Counted from the stretch's first letter, positions 39,016 through 48,145 are shown. The stretch: 64,000 bases of DNA from an uncultured Anaerolineae bacterium (GCA_938049385.1 CALIBQ010000044.1:1680-65679); one strand, 5' to 3'. Notes: a model not told the origin generated them from the letters alone. Numbers and translations: made by a program.

Positions 39016-40848
39016 TCAGAGATTCAGCCCGATGTGATAATAGTGTGGTACAAGATAGCCCCAAAAGGCGATCTGGTCAAATATGAAGAGCAGGATGACG
39101 AGCGCTCCTGACCAGATGCGGCGCGGCAGGCGAACCGGCGCCAGTTCCAGCCAGCCGGCGGCCAGCAGGGCGCAGAGCGGCAGGAGAGCAGGGAAGAGGT
39201 AGCGCCCCTGGGGCTGCCAGCCACTGCCAATCATGGGCAGGAAAGTCTGCAGAAGGATCAAGCCGGCCGCGATACCCATCCCCGCCCAGCCGGCCCCCAA
39301 CCGCCGACGGCGCACAGCCCGCATCAGCCCGACGCCAGCGGCCAGACAGACACCGGCCGGCAGGAGGTACCACTGCGGCGTGAGGGGCAGGGTGAGCCAG
39401 CCGAAATTGGCCCAGAAGCCGGCGAAGGTCAGCATCCCATAGAGGATATAGCGCCGCAGGGAGGGCCAGGAGTAGCTGGCCGGCTCCAGCAGATGCGGCA
39501 CCTGTCCTGGCGAGACGCGGAGAAAGCGTGCCCACCATCCTTGGCTCCAGTGCGCTCCCTCTTCCAGCCCGGGATTTTGGAGGAGCTGGCGGCGGGTCGG
39601 GTCGCCGGCGCGCCAGAGGGCGATGTCATCGGCCAGCAGGGGGACGGGGCCGGCATTGGCGATCACCACGGCCAGTCTGCTTGCTCTCTCTGAGACGACG
39701 CGGCAGGCCTGCACGTACTGCCAGCCGGCGCCGTTGGGGCGAAATCCCTGCCGCGTGCTGGATTCCCCGTCGGTGATGACCAAATAGCCCTGCGCCGGCG
39801 CGCCTTCTGCCATCACCCAGACCCCTAGGCACAGCTCGCTCCCGCGCAACTGCTGAGCCTTATTGAATGACAGTTCCTGGAGCGCGCGAGTTGGTTCTCC
39901 GTTCACCGCCGGCGCCAGGTACAGGGCATATTGGCCGGCATGGGAGGCACTGCTGATGCGTTCCGCCGGCTGGTAGCTGATGGGGGTCACCCAATCCGAT
40001 GCGCCGGCCAGGTGCCAGCTCCAGGCGATGCTCAGCGCCGAGGCGAATGCCAGGCCAGCGGCTGGCCACCAGGCCCGGTGGGCGCCCAACCAGGCGCACA
40101 GTTCCCTTCGGTACGCGATCACAAGCGTGAGGCACACGGCCGGCCATAGGAACAGCGTCGTTTTCTTTGTGAATGCCGATGCCAGCAGGAACAGCCCCAG
40201 CAGTCCTATGTTCTGCGGGTTCCAACCCCGGCGGATAGAGCGCAGGAGCCACCACAGCGCCGCAGATGAGACGAACATGCCGGCGATGTCGTTGTTGGCC
40301 GAACCGCCGATGAAAGCCGGCATGGGCATGAGGAGAGCCGCCGCCAGGGCCAGGCGCCACAGGGTGATATCGCGCGTCAGTTCACCAAGCCCCTGCCAGA
40401 TGAAGATCATGGTCAGGGCGTACAGCAGGACGGACCACAGGCGCATGAGCTGTAGCCCTTGGATGGGGTCAGCCGGCATCCAACGCAGGAGGAGCGCCGG
40501 CGGGAGGTAGTAGAGTGCTGGCTCGTCCTCGCGCTGGCTGATGAGGTAGGGGTCTTGGGAGAAGCGCGCCGGCAGGGGATTGGGTGTGGGCTTGCCCAAC
40601 CGCTCCCAGAAGCGTTCATCCACCAGGGAAGCGATGATATCGGACTGCAAGTCCGCTCGCGCCGGCGCCGATGGCTCCCGCAGTCCGTAATCTGCCAGAA
40701 TACGGGCGTACTCGTAATGGCCAGGTTCATCCGGCGCCTGCCAGGGCGGAACGGCCAGCAGGCCGAAGCCTGCGGCGCGGATGCCGGCCAGCAGGAAAAT
40801 CAGTGCCAGCTCCCAGAGGGGTCTGGAGAAAAATGAACGGCGGTGCAC
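39016..40848 (-). CDS. GT-C fold membrane glycosyltransferase (DUF2142/PMT-like) with inserted carbohydrate-binding-like domain
   Basis: PPWQAPDEPGHYEY, PALYY, ANND, TKKT, FWANFGW, QGRYLFP; soluble insert ending LLQNPGLEEG. Confidence 0.75.
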   Translation of the reverse strand: MHRRSFFSRPLWELALIFLLAGIRAAGFGLLAVPPWQAPDEPGHYEYARILADYGLREPSAPARADLQSDIIASLVDERFWERLGKPTPNPLPARFSQDPYLISQREDEPALYYLPPALLLRWMPADPIQGLQLMRLWSVLLYALTMIFIWQGLGELTRDITLWRLALAAALLMPMPAFIGGSANNDIAGMFVSSAALWWLLRSIRRGWNPQNIGLLGLFLLASAFTKKTTLFLWPAVCLTLVIAYRRELCAWLGAHRAWWPAAGLAFASALSIAWSWHLAGASDWVTPISYQPAERISSASHAGQYALYLAPAVNGEPTRALQELSFNKAQQLRGSELCLGVWVMAEGAPAQGYLVITDGESSTRQGFRPNGAGWQYVQACRVVSERASRLAVVIANAGPVPLLADDIALWRAGDPTRRQLLQNPGLEEGAHWSQGWWARFLRVSPGQVPHLLEPASYSWPSLRRYILYGMLTFAGFWANFGWLTLPLTPQWYLLPAGVCLAAGVGLMRAVRRRRLGAGWAGMGIAAGLILLQTFLPMIGSGWQPQGRYLFPALLPLCALLAAGWLELAPVRLPRRIWSGALVILLFIFDQIAFWGYLVPHYYHIGLNL

Positions 40849-40860
40849 CTTTATGTTCCG

Positions 40861-42060
40861 CTACAGCAAGCGGGTTTTCGCCGGCTGGTGCCGGGTCATG
40901 AATTCGGCGATGATGGAGGCGGCGATGGCAAGCACGGCGCCAGCCGTAATGGCAAGCACTGCGACTACGGACCAGTCACGGGATGCGCGTTTTTCCGGCG
41001 CCGCCGCCTTTCCGACCACTCGCACCAGGGGACCCTCCACCCGATTCTCGATCTCGATCTCGCTGACCTTGCGCTGAAGGGTCAGGTAATTCTCCTTGGC
41101 CAAGTTGCGTTCCTCTACCAGCCGATCCAGCTCCGAGGATAGCTGGGCCAGTTGTGCCTGGTCTGCGCTCAGGCGTTCCTCCAGAGCGGTAGCGGCGGCT
41201 TGCTGGGCCGTCAGTTCGGCATCCAGCAGGGCGGCCAGGGCGCCGGCATCGTTCAGGTGTTCGGCAACGACCTCATGCGTCAGGATGCCGCGGGCGGCGA
41301 TGGTGGGTGCGTCCAGCAACTGCCAGGACAGTTCCTCCAAGGAGGCGTTCTGCCGGCGGGCCTGCTCTAACTGTTCTTTCAGCAACTGCAGGTTGGCGAT
41401 GGCCTGGCGGTGAGCGGCTAACTGCCGGCTGCGCTCCGCCAGCTCCATGCCCAACGCCCCCAGCCATTCATAGCCCTCCAGCGATGGGGCGCCTTCGGAG
41501 GCGATACCCACACCGGTGCGGGCCTTGAACTCTTCCACGGCCTTCACTGCCTGCTGGTATTGTTCCTCCCAGCGCTTGAGTTCCTGGGCGAAGGGTTCCG
41601 CGAGGGCGGTGGCGCCGTAGAGCTGTTCAGCCTGATAGGCAAAGGCTTCCGCCCAAGCGTTGGCCAGGTCGGCGGCGTCCTGGGGCGTGAATGCAGTGAC
41701 GTCGATATGGATGAGCGACTGTTTGCCGGCCCGCACGCTCATCTCCCCGATATTTTTGTGCGGGAAGCGGGTCTCCACCTGTGCGGCGACCTGGCTCCGG
41801 AACCAGGGGTCTTTGGCTAGGTCGAGAAAGATGCGCTGCCAGTTCACGTTGACTGGTATGTTGGGGGAGAGGCGGGAGTCGAAGCGCCACTGGTACTGGG
41901 GTCCGCCGGCGAAGAGGGTAGCAGTGGCCGTGTAGCTGGCCGGCCGCAGGAGATTGACGAGGAGGATGGCGCCGGCGGTCAGGATGAAAATCACGATCCC
42001 CAGACGAGCATGCCGTACCAGGATGCGCAGATATCGGGTCAGATCAAGTTCGTCTTCCAT
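40861..42060 (-). CDS. Wzz/GumC-type polysaccharide chain-length determinant
   Basis: EDELDLTRYLRIL, TM, YTATAT, P..AA.LANAWA, coiled coil, A..P, C-terminal TM; alternative GTG start 42069. Confidence 0.8.
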   Translation of the reverse strand: MEDELDLTRYLRILVRHARLGIVIFILTAGAILLVNLLRPASYTATATLFAGGPQYQWRFDSRLSPNIPVNVNWQRIFLDLAKDPWFRSQVAAQVETRFPHKNIGEMSVRAGKQSLIHIDVTAFTPQDAADLANAWAEAFAYQAEQLYGATALAEPFAQELKRWEEQYQQAVKAVEEFKARTGVGIASEGAPSLEGYEWLGALGMELAERSRQLAAHRQAIANLQLLKEQLEQARRQNASLEELSWQLLDAPTIAARGILTHEVVAEHLNDAGALAALLDAELTAQQAAATALEERLSADQAQLAQLSSELDRLVEERNLAKENYLTLQRKVSEIEIENRVEGPLVRVVGKAAAPEKRASRDWSVVAVLAITAGAVLAIAASIIAEFMTRHQPAKTRLL

Positions 42061-42101
42061 TGCATTCACCCATGTGTCGGGGTAGATGACTTGACGCAGG
42101 T

Positions 42102-42130
42102 AGTGTAAACGAAAGGGGGCGTTTTGTCAA
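42102..42130 (-). promoter_or_regulatory. Promoter of the glycan locus
   Basis: TTGACA-17 bp-TACACT. Confidence 0.6.
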
Positions 42131-42157
42131 TGAGAGTTGGTCTGTTGGAGCAAACGC

Positions 42158-42192
42158 GCCTGGAGCCCATCCCCCGAGGGAGGGCTCCAGGC
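42158..42192 (-). terminator. Hairpin terminating the dehydrogenase unit
   Basis: GCCTGGAGCCC...GGGCTCCAGGC then GTTTG on the minus strand. Confidence 0.55.
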
Positions 42193-42239
42193 CTGATCAA
42201 TGTGATGCGTCTCCACTGGGTCGGTACTGCCCGGCGGGG

Positions 42240-43406
42240 TTATTCCTCGAAGCAGGACTCGTAAATCTTGATGTAGCTTTCCAGCGTCAGGTCGCGCGGG
42301 TTGCCGATGGTCTGGGGATCCTTGAAGGCCAGCTCGGCCAGCATGGGGATGTCCTTTTTCGGGATGCCCATCTGCGCCAGGGTGGGGATTTCCAGGTCCT
42401 TGACCAGCCGGCGTACTGCCTCGACCGCCTTCCAGGCCGCATCCCACACGCTGAGGCCGCGGATGTCTTCGCCCATAGCCAGGGCGATGCGGGCGTATTT
42501 CTCCGGCTCACCCAGGTAGTTGTAGGCCATGACGTGGGGCAGGAGAGCGGCGGTCAGGGTGCCGTGCGGCAGGTCATAGACGCCGCCGGCGGTCTGGCTC
42601 ATGGCATGGACGGCGCCGGCGCTTTCGGTGCCGTAGGACATGCCGGCGAGCATGGCGGCCATGGACATCTGATAGCGGGCTTTCAGGTTGTTGCCCTGGG
42701 CGAAAGCGATGCGCAGCCACTTGCCGATTTCCTCAATGGCCCATAGGGCCACTGCATCGGGCCAGGGCTGGGCGTAAGCGCAGGTGTAGCACTCGATGGC
42801 ATGGGTCAGGGCATCCAGGCCGGTGCCGGCGGTGATGTGGGCCGGCAGACCCAGGGTCAGCTCGGGGTCGATGAGTGCCACATATGGGGCGATGAGGCCG
42901 GTGCCGCCGACGTTGAATTTGATATGGCGGTTGGGGTCGGTGATGACGGCCCAGAGGGTCACTTCACTGCCGGTGCCGGCGGTGGTCGGTACAGTGATCA
43001 GCGGCGGGATGCGCTTTTTGATGGGCTGGGGATCGGCCCACTCATACTGCAGGATGGAGCCGCCGTTGGCCACCACTACGCCGATGGCCTTGGCGGTGTC
43101 CATGGAACTGCCGCCGCCGAAGCCGATCAGGCCGTCGCATCCTTCCTGTTTGTACACTTCCGCGCCGTGGTCCACCAGGGCAATGGGCGGGTTGGGGATG
43201 ACGTCCGCGAACAGGACGTAATCCACGTTCGAGGCCTGCAGGGCTTTCTCTGCCTCGCCCACCAGGCCGGTCTTGACCAGTCCCTGGTCAGTGACCAGCA
43301 TGGGGCGTTTGCATCCGAGCGCTTTGACCTCATCGCCCAGGGCCTTGACGGCGCCGGGGGCATGTTTGACCACGGTGGGCACTTCGAACGAACGCAGGTT
43401 CACCAT
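42240..43406 (-). CDS. Iron-containing alcohol dehydrogenase, GbsB (choline dehydrogenase)-like
   Basis: GGGSSMDTAK, PTTAGTGSEVT, DALTHAIECY; SYGTESAGAVHAMSQT and DPQTIGNPRDL match my recollection of B. subtilis GbsB. Confidence 0.85.
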   Translation of the reverse strand: MVNLRSFEVPTVVKHAPGAVKALGDEVKALGCKRPMLVTDQGLVKTGLVGEAEKALQASNVDYVLFADVIPNPPIALVDHGAEVYKQEGCDGLIGFGGGSSMDTAKAIGVVVANGGSILQYEWADPQPIKKRIPPLITVPTTAGTGSEVTLWAVITDPNRHIKFNVGGTGLIAPYVALIDPELTLGLPAHITAGTGLDALTHAIECYTCAYAQPWPDAVALWAIEEIGKWLRIAFAQGNNLKARYQMSMAAMLAGMSYGTESAGAVHAMSQTAGGVYDLPHGTLTAALLPHVMAYNYLGEPEKYARIALAMGEDIRGLSVWDAAWKAVEAVRRLVKDLEIPTLAQMGIPKKDIPMLAELAFKDPQTIGNPRDLTLESYIKIYESCFEE

Positions 43407-43503
43407 ATGTTCCTCTCCTTACATGAATTTGGTCTATCTTTCACCAGCTTGTTGGACATAATGCCGAGCTGGCGAATTGCCGAGTGGGTAAGAGACGGCC
43501 GGC

Positions 43504-44262
43504 TTACTTGCGCTGGACCTCTTCGGGCAGTTCGTACCAGCGCACCCGCTTGCCGATCTTGGCGCGCAGTTTCCACTTGGTGGGCTTGGGAACCGCCTCC
43601 ATGGCATCCTGGATCGCCAAGATGCGGTTGCGGATGATGCGCTGGGATTCCTGGTCCAACCCCACCTTGCCCAGGTTTTCCAGGATGCGCTCAAAGTTCA
43701 TGTTGACGGTGGTGTACAGCCCCCAATCCTGGGCGCCCAGCTCCGCGATGCGCTCCGAATTGATCATGTCATCGTCCGACGGTCCCACAGGATGGTCGAG
43801 CAGGATAGCCAGCATATCAATGAGATCCTTCTGGTTCAGCTCGATGATCTGGGCCTTGGTCAGGAACAGCTCGGCCAGGGGGATGGTGAGTTTGTCTTTG
43901 TCCAGCCGGCCCTCCAGCGGGATTTTGTGGCACATGCTGAATTCGCTGATGAAGATGTCAATCTGGCGGTTGTCGTGATATGGGTCGTAGTAAAGCTGTC
44001 GCCAGTCGCCGCTGAGCGTGTTGAAGGTCTTATTGGGCACGTAGCCCATGCGCTCGAAGAAATCGGGCAGTCGGATGCTCCCCTCTTTGTCGGTAACGAA
44101 GTCGGCGTCTTTGTACTTGCGCGCCAGCGGGCCGGCGACGGAGCTGGGGCAGTGAAGCCAGACCGCCAGCCCTCCGATCAGCCGGATGAAAATCCCTTCT
44201 TTCTGCGCGGCTTCGATAAGCCGCAGTGCTTCATCTTTTACATCATCTAACGTAGGAGCCAT
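43504..44262 (-). CDS. Uncharacterised Pol-beta superfamily nucleotidyltransferase-fold protein
   Basis: RLIGGLAV..H...RKYKDADF (hGG + DxD), third Asp in IDIF, LFLTK.Q...KD..D. Confidence 0.7.
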   Translation of the reverse strand: MAPTLDDVKDEALRLIEAAQKEGIFIRLIGGLAVWLHCPSSVAGPLARKYKDADFVTDKEGSIRLPDFFERMGYVPNKTFNTLSGDWRQLYYDPYHDNRQIDIFISEFSMCHKIPLEGRLDKDKLTIPLAELFLTKAQIIELNQKDLIDMLAILLDHPVGPSDDDMINSERIAELGAQDWGLYTTVNMNFERILENLGKVGLDQESQRIIRNRILAIQDAMEAVPKPTKWKLRAKIGKRVRWYELPEEVQRK

Positions 44263-44311
44263 GGTTATTTTCCAACCCTATTCCCCCTAGAACGTGGGGA
44301 CATGGTTAGGG

Positions 44312-44339
44312 GGAGCTGGGGGCATTAGCCCCCAGCTCC
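44312..44339. other. Intergenic stem-loop between permease and NTase genes
   Basis: GGAGCTGGGGGC-ATTA-GCCCCCAGCTCC; no U-tract in the sense direction. Confidence 0.6.
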
Positions 44340-44353
44340 GGTCCAACCGGCGC

Positions 44354-46000
44354 TTATTCGACCGGGATTTCCTCATATACCTTGTCGATGTCAATGCCCT
44401 GCCGCTTGCGGTAGGTTTTGAACCCGAAGTAGATCACTGCCGCCAGCACATACATCGCCAGCATGAAGACGACCGAGCTGATATTGCGGTAGCTGATGCC
44501 GTAGAGCTGGAGCGGGTCAATCAGCCACTCGTAGAGCAGGAACAGCTCGAAGCCGAGGAAGATGATGCCGGCGATGGTGATAAGGGGTACGCCGCCTACC
44601 TTGTACTTGGCGATGGGCGAGGCATTGTACAGGTCCCGCTTGCGGTACGGCAGGAGGATGGCGGCGATGGTGCTTCCCAGATACGTGGTAGCGATGACCA
44701 GTGTGGAGCACAGCGTCAGCGACTGGAAGTTGAAGATGTTCCAGGAATACAGCGCGCCGACGATAAGGGAAGGAATCACCATCAGCAGGAGGGCATTGAT
44801 GGGCGTGCGGAAGCGCGGGTGAATGTCCGCCACCCATTCCGGCAGGAGGCGATCAAAGGCCGCCGCGAAGATGACGCGGGTGGAGCTCAGGAAGACCGTG
44901 CCCGACCAGCCGAAGAACCACAGCCCCATCAGCAGGATAACGATGAACTGGATCACCCGGCTGTTGGTGAGCAGAACGGCGAACAGGGCAGGGTAAGGCC
45001 AGACAGGGATGGGCGGTGGGGTTTCGGTATAGCCCCAGCGGTAGTTCCAGAACGCCCCGTTGGCCTTCATGTAGAAGTCCCAAGAGATGGTCTTGTTGAT
45101 GAGCACGAAGAGCACGATACCCAGGATGGCGGTGGCGATGAGGGCGTACCACATGCCGTAGAAGTTGCGCTTGAAGTCGGTGGCGCCGCGCACTTCGCCG
45201 TAGAGGGTAGCGCCCCAGTTCGGCCACAAGTTGAAGAAGACCATGTAAGGGATGGCCAAGAAGATAGGGGCCAAGGCCCATCCGCCGCCCCAGGTCTGGG
45301 CAGTGCCGGCCTCTTCGCCGGCGGCCAGCGTCGCTTCATATAGGCCGTCGCCCGATGCGCCGAACAACTGCGGGATCTGGGCTTCCAGGTTGGCCTTGAA
45401 TGCCGCCGGGTTGCCGAAGAGCAGGAACAGGAAGACCAGCAGTAAGCCGATGAGGCCGCCGATGAAGCAGGCTTTCTGCAGGCGGGCATAGTTGCGCATG
45501 CCCATGGCGATGTAGACGAACACGAAGGCACAGACGATCACCACGCTGATGAATGCACCCTCTGGCGTCTCGGTGAACCACAGCGCCGGCGACTGCGCGC
45601 CCAGGATCGCCAGCAAGGGGGTGATGACCTCAAAGCGCAGCATGTCGGCGTACAGGGGAACCCAGTACCAGAGGATGAACCACCAACCGGTGATCGCCAG
45701 GATGAAGCCCACGCCGCCGCCCAGGATGCGGCTCTGCCAGACGTAGTCACCGCCGGCACGCGGCATCACCGCGATCAGGGCCGCGTACACGAGACATTCG
45801 AACGTGATGAAGAAAGTGGAAACCAGCAGGGCACCGATCAGATTCCCATCGAGGTAGTACATCTGGGAGAAGATGTACAACCCCAGGGTGATGAGGTTGA
45901 CCGAGAAGAAGGCGTAGATGAACGCGTCGGTAACCGACCAAGCGCGCACCAGTCCAGTCGCGGCCCGGACGAACAGGGTAGTGGATTGCTGACGTTCCAT
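44354..46000 (-). CDS. APC superfamily permease
   Basis: LFVRAATGLVR, MPRAGGDYVWQSR, TRVIFAAAFDRLLP..ADIHPRFRTP; about 14 TMs; YEEIPVE end. Confidence 0.9.
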   Translation of the reverse strand: MERQQSTTLFVRAATGLVRAWSVTDAFIYAFFSVNLITLGLYIFSQMYYLDGNLIGALLVSTFFITFECLVYAALIAVMPRAGGDYVWQSRILGGGVGFILAITGWWFILWYWVPLYADMLRFEVITPLLAILGAQSPALWFTETPEGAFISVVIVCAFVFVYIAMGMRNYARLQKACFIGGLIGLLLVFLFLLFGNPAAFKANLEAQIPQLFGASGDGLYEATLAAGEEAGTAQTWGGGWALAPIFLAIPYMVFFNLWPNWGATLYGEVRGATDFKRNFYGMWYALIATAILGIVLFVLINKTISWDFYMKANGAFWNYRWGYTETPPPIPVWPYPALFAVLLTNSRVIQFIVILLMGLWFFGWSGTVFLSSTRVIFAAAFDRLLPEWVADIHPRFRTPINALLLMVIPSLIVGALYSWNIFNFQSLTLCSTLVIATTYLGSTIAAILLPYRKRDLYNASPIAKYKVGGVPLITIAGIIFLGFELFLLYEWLIDPLQLYGISYRNISSVVFMLAMYVLAAVIYFGFKTYRKRQGIDIDKVYEEIPVE

Positions 46001-46109
46001 TTTTGCCGACTCTCCTTTCCTTCCCTGAGCCTGCCTAGGGTGGTGGAATGACGAAAGAATGAGAGACTGCCGTACCGCTGTTCAGACCAGCAAGGATCTC
46101 TTGTGCGCC

Positions 46110-46147
46110 ATCACCTCCTTTCTGAGAAAGCCAATGATATTATAGCA
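46110..46147 (-). promoter_or_regulatory. Extended -10 promoter followed by a 14-nt anti-16S (SD-like) element in the permease leader
   Basis: TGCTATAAT (46147-46139), then AGAAAGGAGGTGAT (46123-46110). Confidence 0.55.
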
Positions 46148-46194
46148 CAATCCCGATGCGTCGAACCCTCGAAAATGGGTGCCGGCCGCCGGCG

Positions 46195-47136
46195 TCAGCC
46201 GGTGGTCAGCAGGTACGACTTGATCTTGCCCTTGTTCAGGGTGATGACGGCACCCAACAGCCGGCCCTGCTCGTACATACTGCCCGGGTTGATGCATAGC
46301 GTGCGGCCGATGCGGGCTGTGCCCTTCCCTTCATGGATGTGCCCGAACAGTCCCAGCAAAGGCTGATACTTTTCGACGATTTCCCGCACCGCGGTACTGC
46401 CGACAGGAATCAGCGCCCGACCGCCCAGCTTGGGCTTGAGGTCGGGGGTCAGTTCCGGTGCCTCATCCAGGTTGCTGTTGTACGGCGGGACATGGAAGTT
46501 GAAGACAGCGGTCTCGGGCTTGCTGAGCTTCTTGACAATAGCTTCCAGACGCTCTTTCAGTTGGGGCTCCTCTTCCTCTCGGTAGGTGTGCCAAGGGGTG
46601 ATGTTGCTCCAGCCGGAGCTGACCATCTCGTGGTAATCATCAATATGGATTACCTCGCCCTCGGCCAGGTGGACGTGCTTGGAGGCGCGGATGATGTCGT
46701 CAATCTCGAACATGTCATCGTTGCCCGGAGCGACGTAACAGCGGATGCCGGTGCCTTCGAGCTTTTCATCGGCGTATTCCATCCAGGCTTGGACGGTTTT
46801 CAGCACTTCTTTGTGGAACAGTTCATCCACCTTTTCCGGGTGCTGTTCCAGCTCGCGGATTTCATCGGGGTTGGTGACGTAGGGGTAATAGCCGCGGCTT
46901 TTGACCTGCTTGATCATCTGGTCCACTTCCTCCTGGCCGTGGAGCTCGAACTGCTGTTCCAGGAGTGTGGCGATATACTTGTCACCACCCTGGTGGACGA
47001 TGGGCACGATGGCCTTGCCGGTCATGTCGCCGCCGAGGATGATGATGTCCGCGTTGTAGAATTTGCCGGCGTTAATGAACTTCTTCCAGCAGATGTCGGA
47101 ACCGTGAACGTCCGTCGCAAAAAAGATCGTTGTCAC
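46195..47136 (-). CDS. Calcineurin-like metallophosphoesterase (Icc-related)
   Basis: ATDVHGS, GGDMTGK, PGNDD, FHVPPY, FGHIHE, INPGS; GTG start with GGAGG SD. Confidence 0.88.
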   Translation of the reverse strand: MTTIFFATDVHGSDICWKKFINAGKFYNADIIILGGDMTGKAIVPIVHQGGDKYIATLLEQQFELHGQEEVDQMIKQVKSRGYYPYVTNPDEIRELEQHPEKVDELFHKEVLKTVQAWMEYADEKLEGTGIRCYVAPGNDDMFEIDDIIRASKHVHLAEGEVIHIDDYHEMVSSGWSNITPWHTYREEEEPQLKERLEAIVKKLSKPETAVFNFHVPPYNSNLDEAPELTPDLKPKLGGRALIPVGSTAVREIVEKYQPLLGLFGHIHEGKGTARIGRTLCINPGSMYEQGRLLGAVITLNKGKIKSYLLTTG

Positions 47137-47260
47137 TCTGCCCTCCAAACAGAAATGGTCTCCGAGCAAGCCCGGGTACTGCCGAGTAATAGTGTGCTAG
47201 AAAAATATCTGTGATATACTACACTATCTGCGAGAATCCGCCCCTGCGGCGGGCAGTAGG

Positions 47261-47890
47261 CTATACCTGTGCCCGCACCTGGCTCCAGAAGTCCAGCACG
47301 TGTCGCTCCATGAGCTGATGGGCGAGGTCAGGGTCGCGCTTGCGCAAGGCGTTGAGCAGTTGCCAGTGTTGGGTCTGGATTTCGGCGGCGCCGGCGGCAG
47401 GATCCGGGGCCAGGCGCCAGATGCGCGCGGTTAAGTCGTAGAGCCAGCGAACGCCATCAATCAGGAACTTGTTGCCAGTGGCCTCGGAGATGATTTTGTG
47501 CACCAGGCGGTCGCTTTCCATGAGCCGGCCGACATAGTCCGGGCTGTGCCGGTCTTCTGCCATGCGAACAGCATCTTCCAGGGCGGAGAGCTGGTCTTCC
47601 GTAATGCGTTCTGCGGCCAGCCGCGCTGCCCAGGTCTCAATGGGTATGCGGGCTTCGAAGATCTGTTTGAGGTCGGTGACGCTGATTTCGGAGACATACA
47701 TCCCGCGGCGGGGCTGGATGACTACCAGGTCGTCGCGTGCTAAGCGCTGAAGCGCTTCCCGGATCGGGGTGCGGCCGATCCCCAGCTCCTGGATCAGTTC
47801 CGCTTCGCGGAGCACTTTCCCGGGGGGATATTCCAGGCTGACGATCTTGGCTTTCAGGATGTTGTAGGCCCGCTCTGTCTGGGAAATCAT
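47261..47890 (-). CDS. GntR family (FCD) transcriptional regulator
   Basis: PG..L.EAEL...LGIGRTPIREAL..L, E.R..IE, D..VH..I....GN..L, H..L..AL..RD. Confidence 0.93.
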   Translation of the reverse strand: MISQTERAYNILKAKIVSLEYPPGKVLREAELIQELGIGRTPIREALQRLARDDLVVIQPRRGMYVSEISVTDLKQIFEARIPIETWAARLAAERITEDQLSALEDAVRMAEDRHSPDYVGRLMESDRLVHKIISEATGNKFLIDGVRWLYDLTARIWRLAPDPAAGAAEIQTQHWQLLNALRKRDPDLAHQLMERHVLDFWSQVRAQV

Positions 47891-47939
47891 CGAGAGAATC
47901 CCTGTGAGATGGCGGCAAATGTGCCGGCGCCCCCACGAC

Positions 47940-47980
47940 TGATGTATTAATAATATATCACAGGTCGCCGGATTTGTCAA
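47940..47980 (-). promoter_or_regulatory. gntR promoter with overlapping palindrome (candidate auto-operator)
   Basis: TTGACA-17 bp-TATATT; TGATGTATT-AAT-AATATATCA near-palindrome at 47940-47960. Confidence 0.65.
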
Positions 47981-48000
47981 TCGCGGGGATATTACGTTGC

Positions 48001-48083
48001 CGGGCGGCTGAAGACTTGCCGGCATCTGCGAGGCCTGCCTGCGCCGGCTAACTTGACAGGCGCAGTTTCAACTGCCAGGCAGG
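48001..48083 (-). repeat. Degenerate inverted copy of the palindromic repeat family
   Basis: GGCGGCTGAAG and GCAGTTTCAACTGCCAGG are reverse complements of the arms of copies A/B; central GCCTGCCTGCGC. Confidence 0.55.
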
Positions 48084-48145
48084 TCCGATGCGGATACCAA
48101 CTTCTCTCATATGCGGCTTCTGCAACACCATCGGTCTGAAGCCCA

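Noticed and set aside
46110-46123. ATCACCTCCTTTCT identical to the 16S rRNA 3' end
   Set aside because: Only 14 nt with no other rRNA sequence; not an rRNA gene. Kept as an SD-like element on the minus strand.
35571-47136. One lic-like phosphocholine-decoration operon joining the permease/NTase cluster to the glycan locus
   Set aside because: A hairpin (42158-42192) and a separate promoter (42102-42130) divide them, no choline kinase or LicC is present, and the dehydrogenase points to catabolism. Adjacency alone is insufficient.
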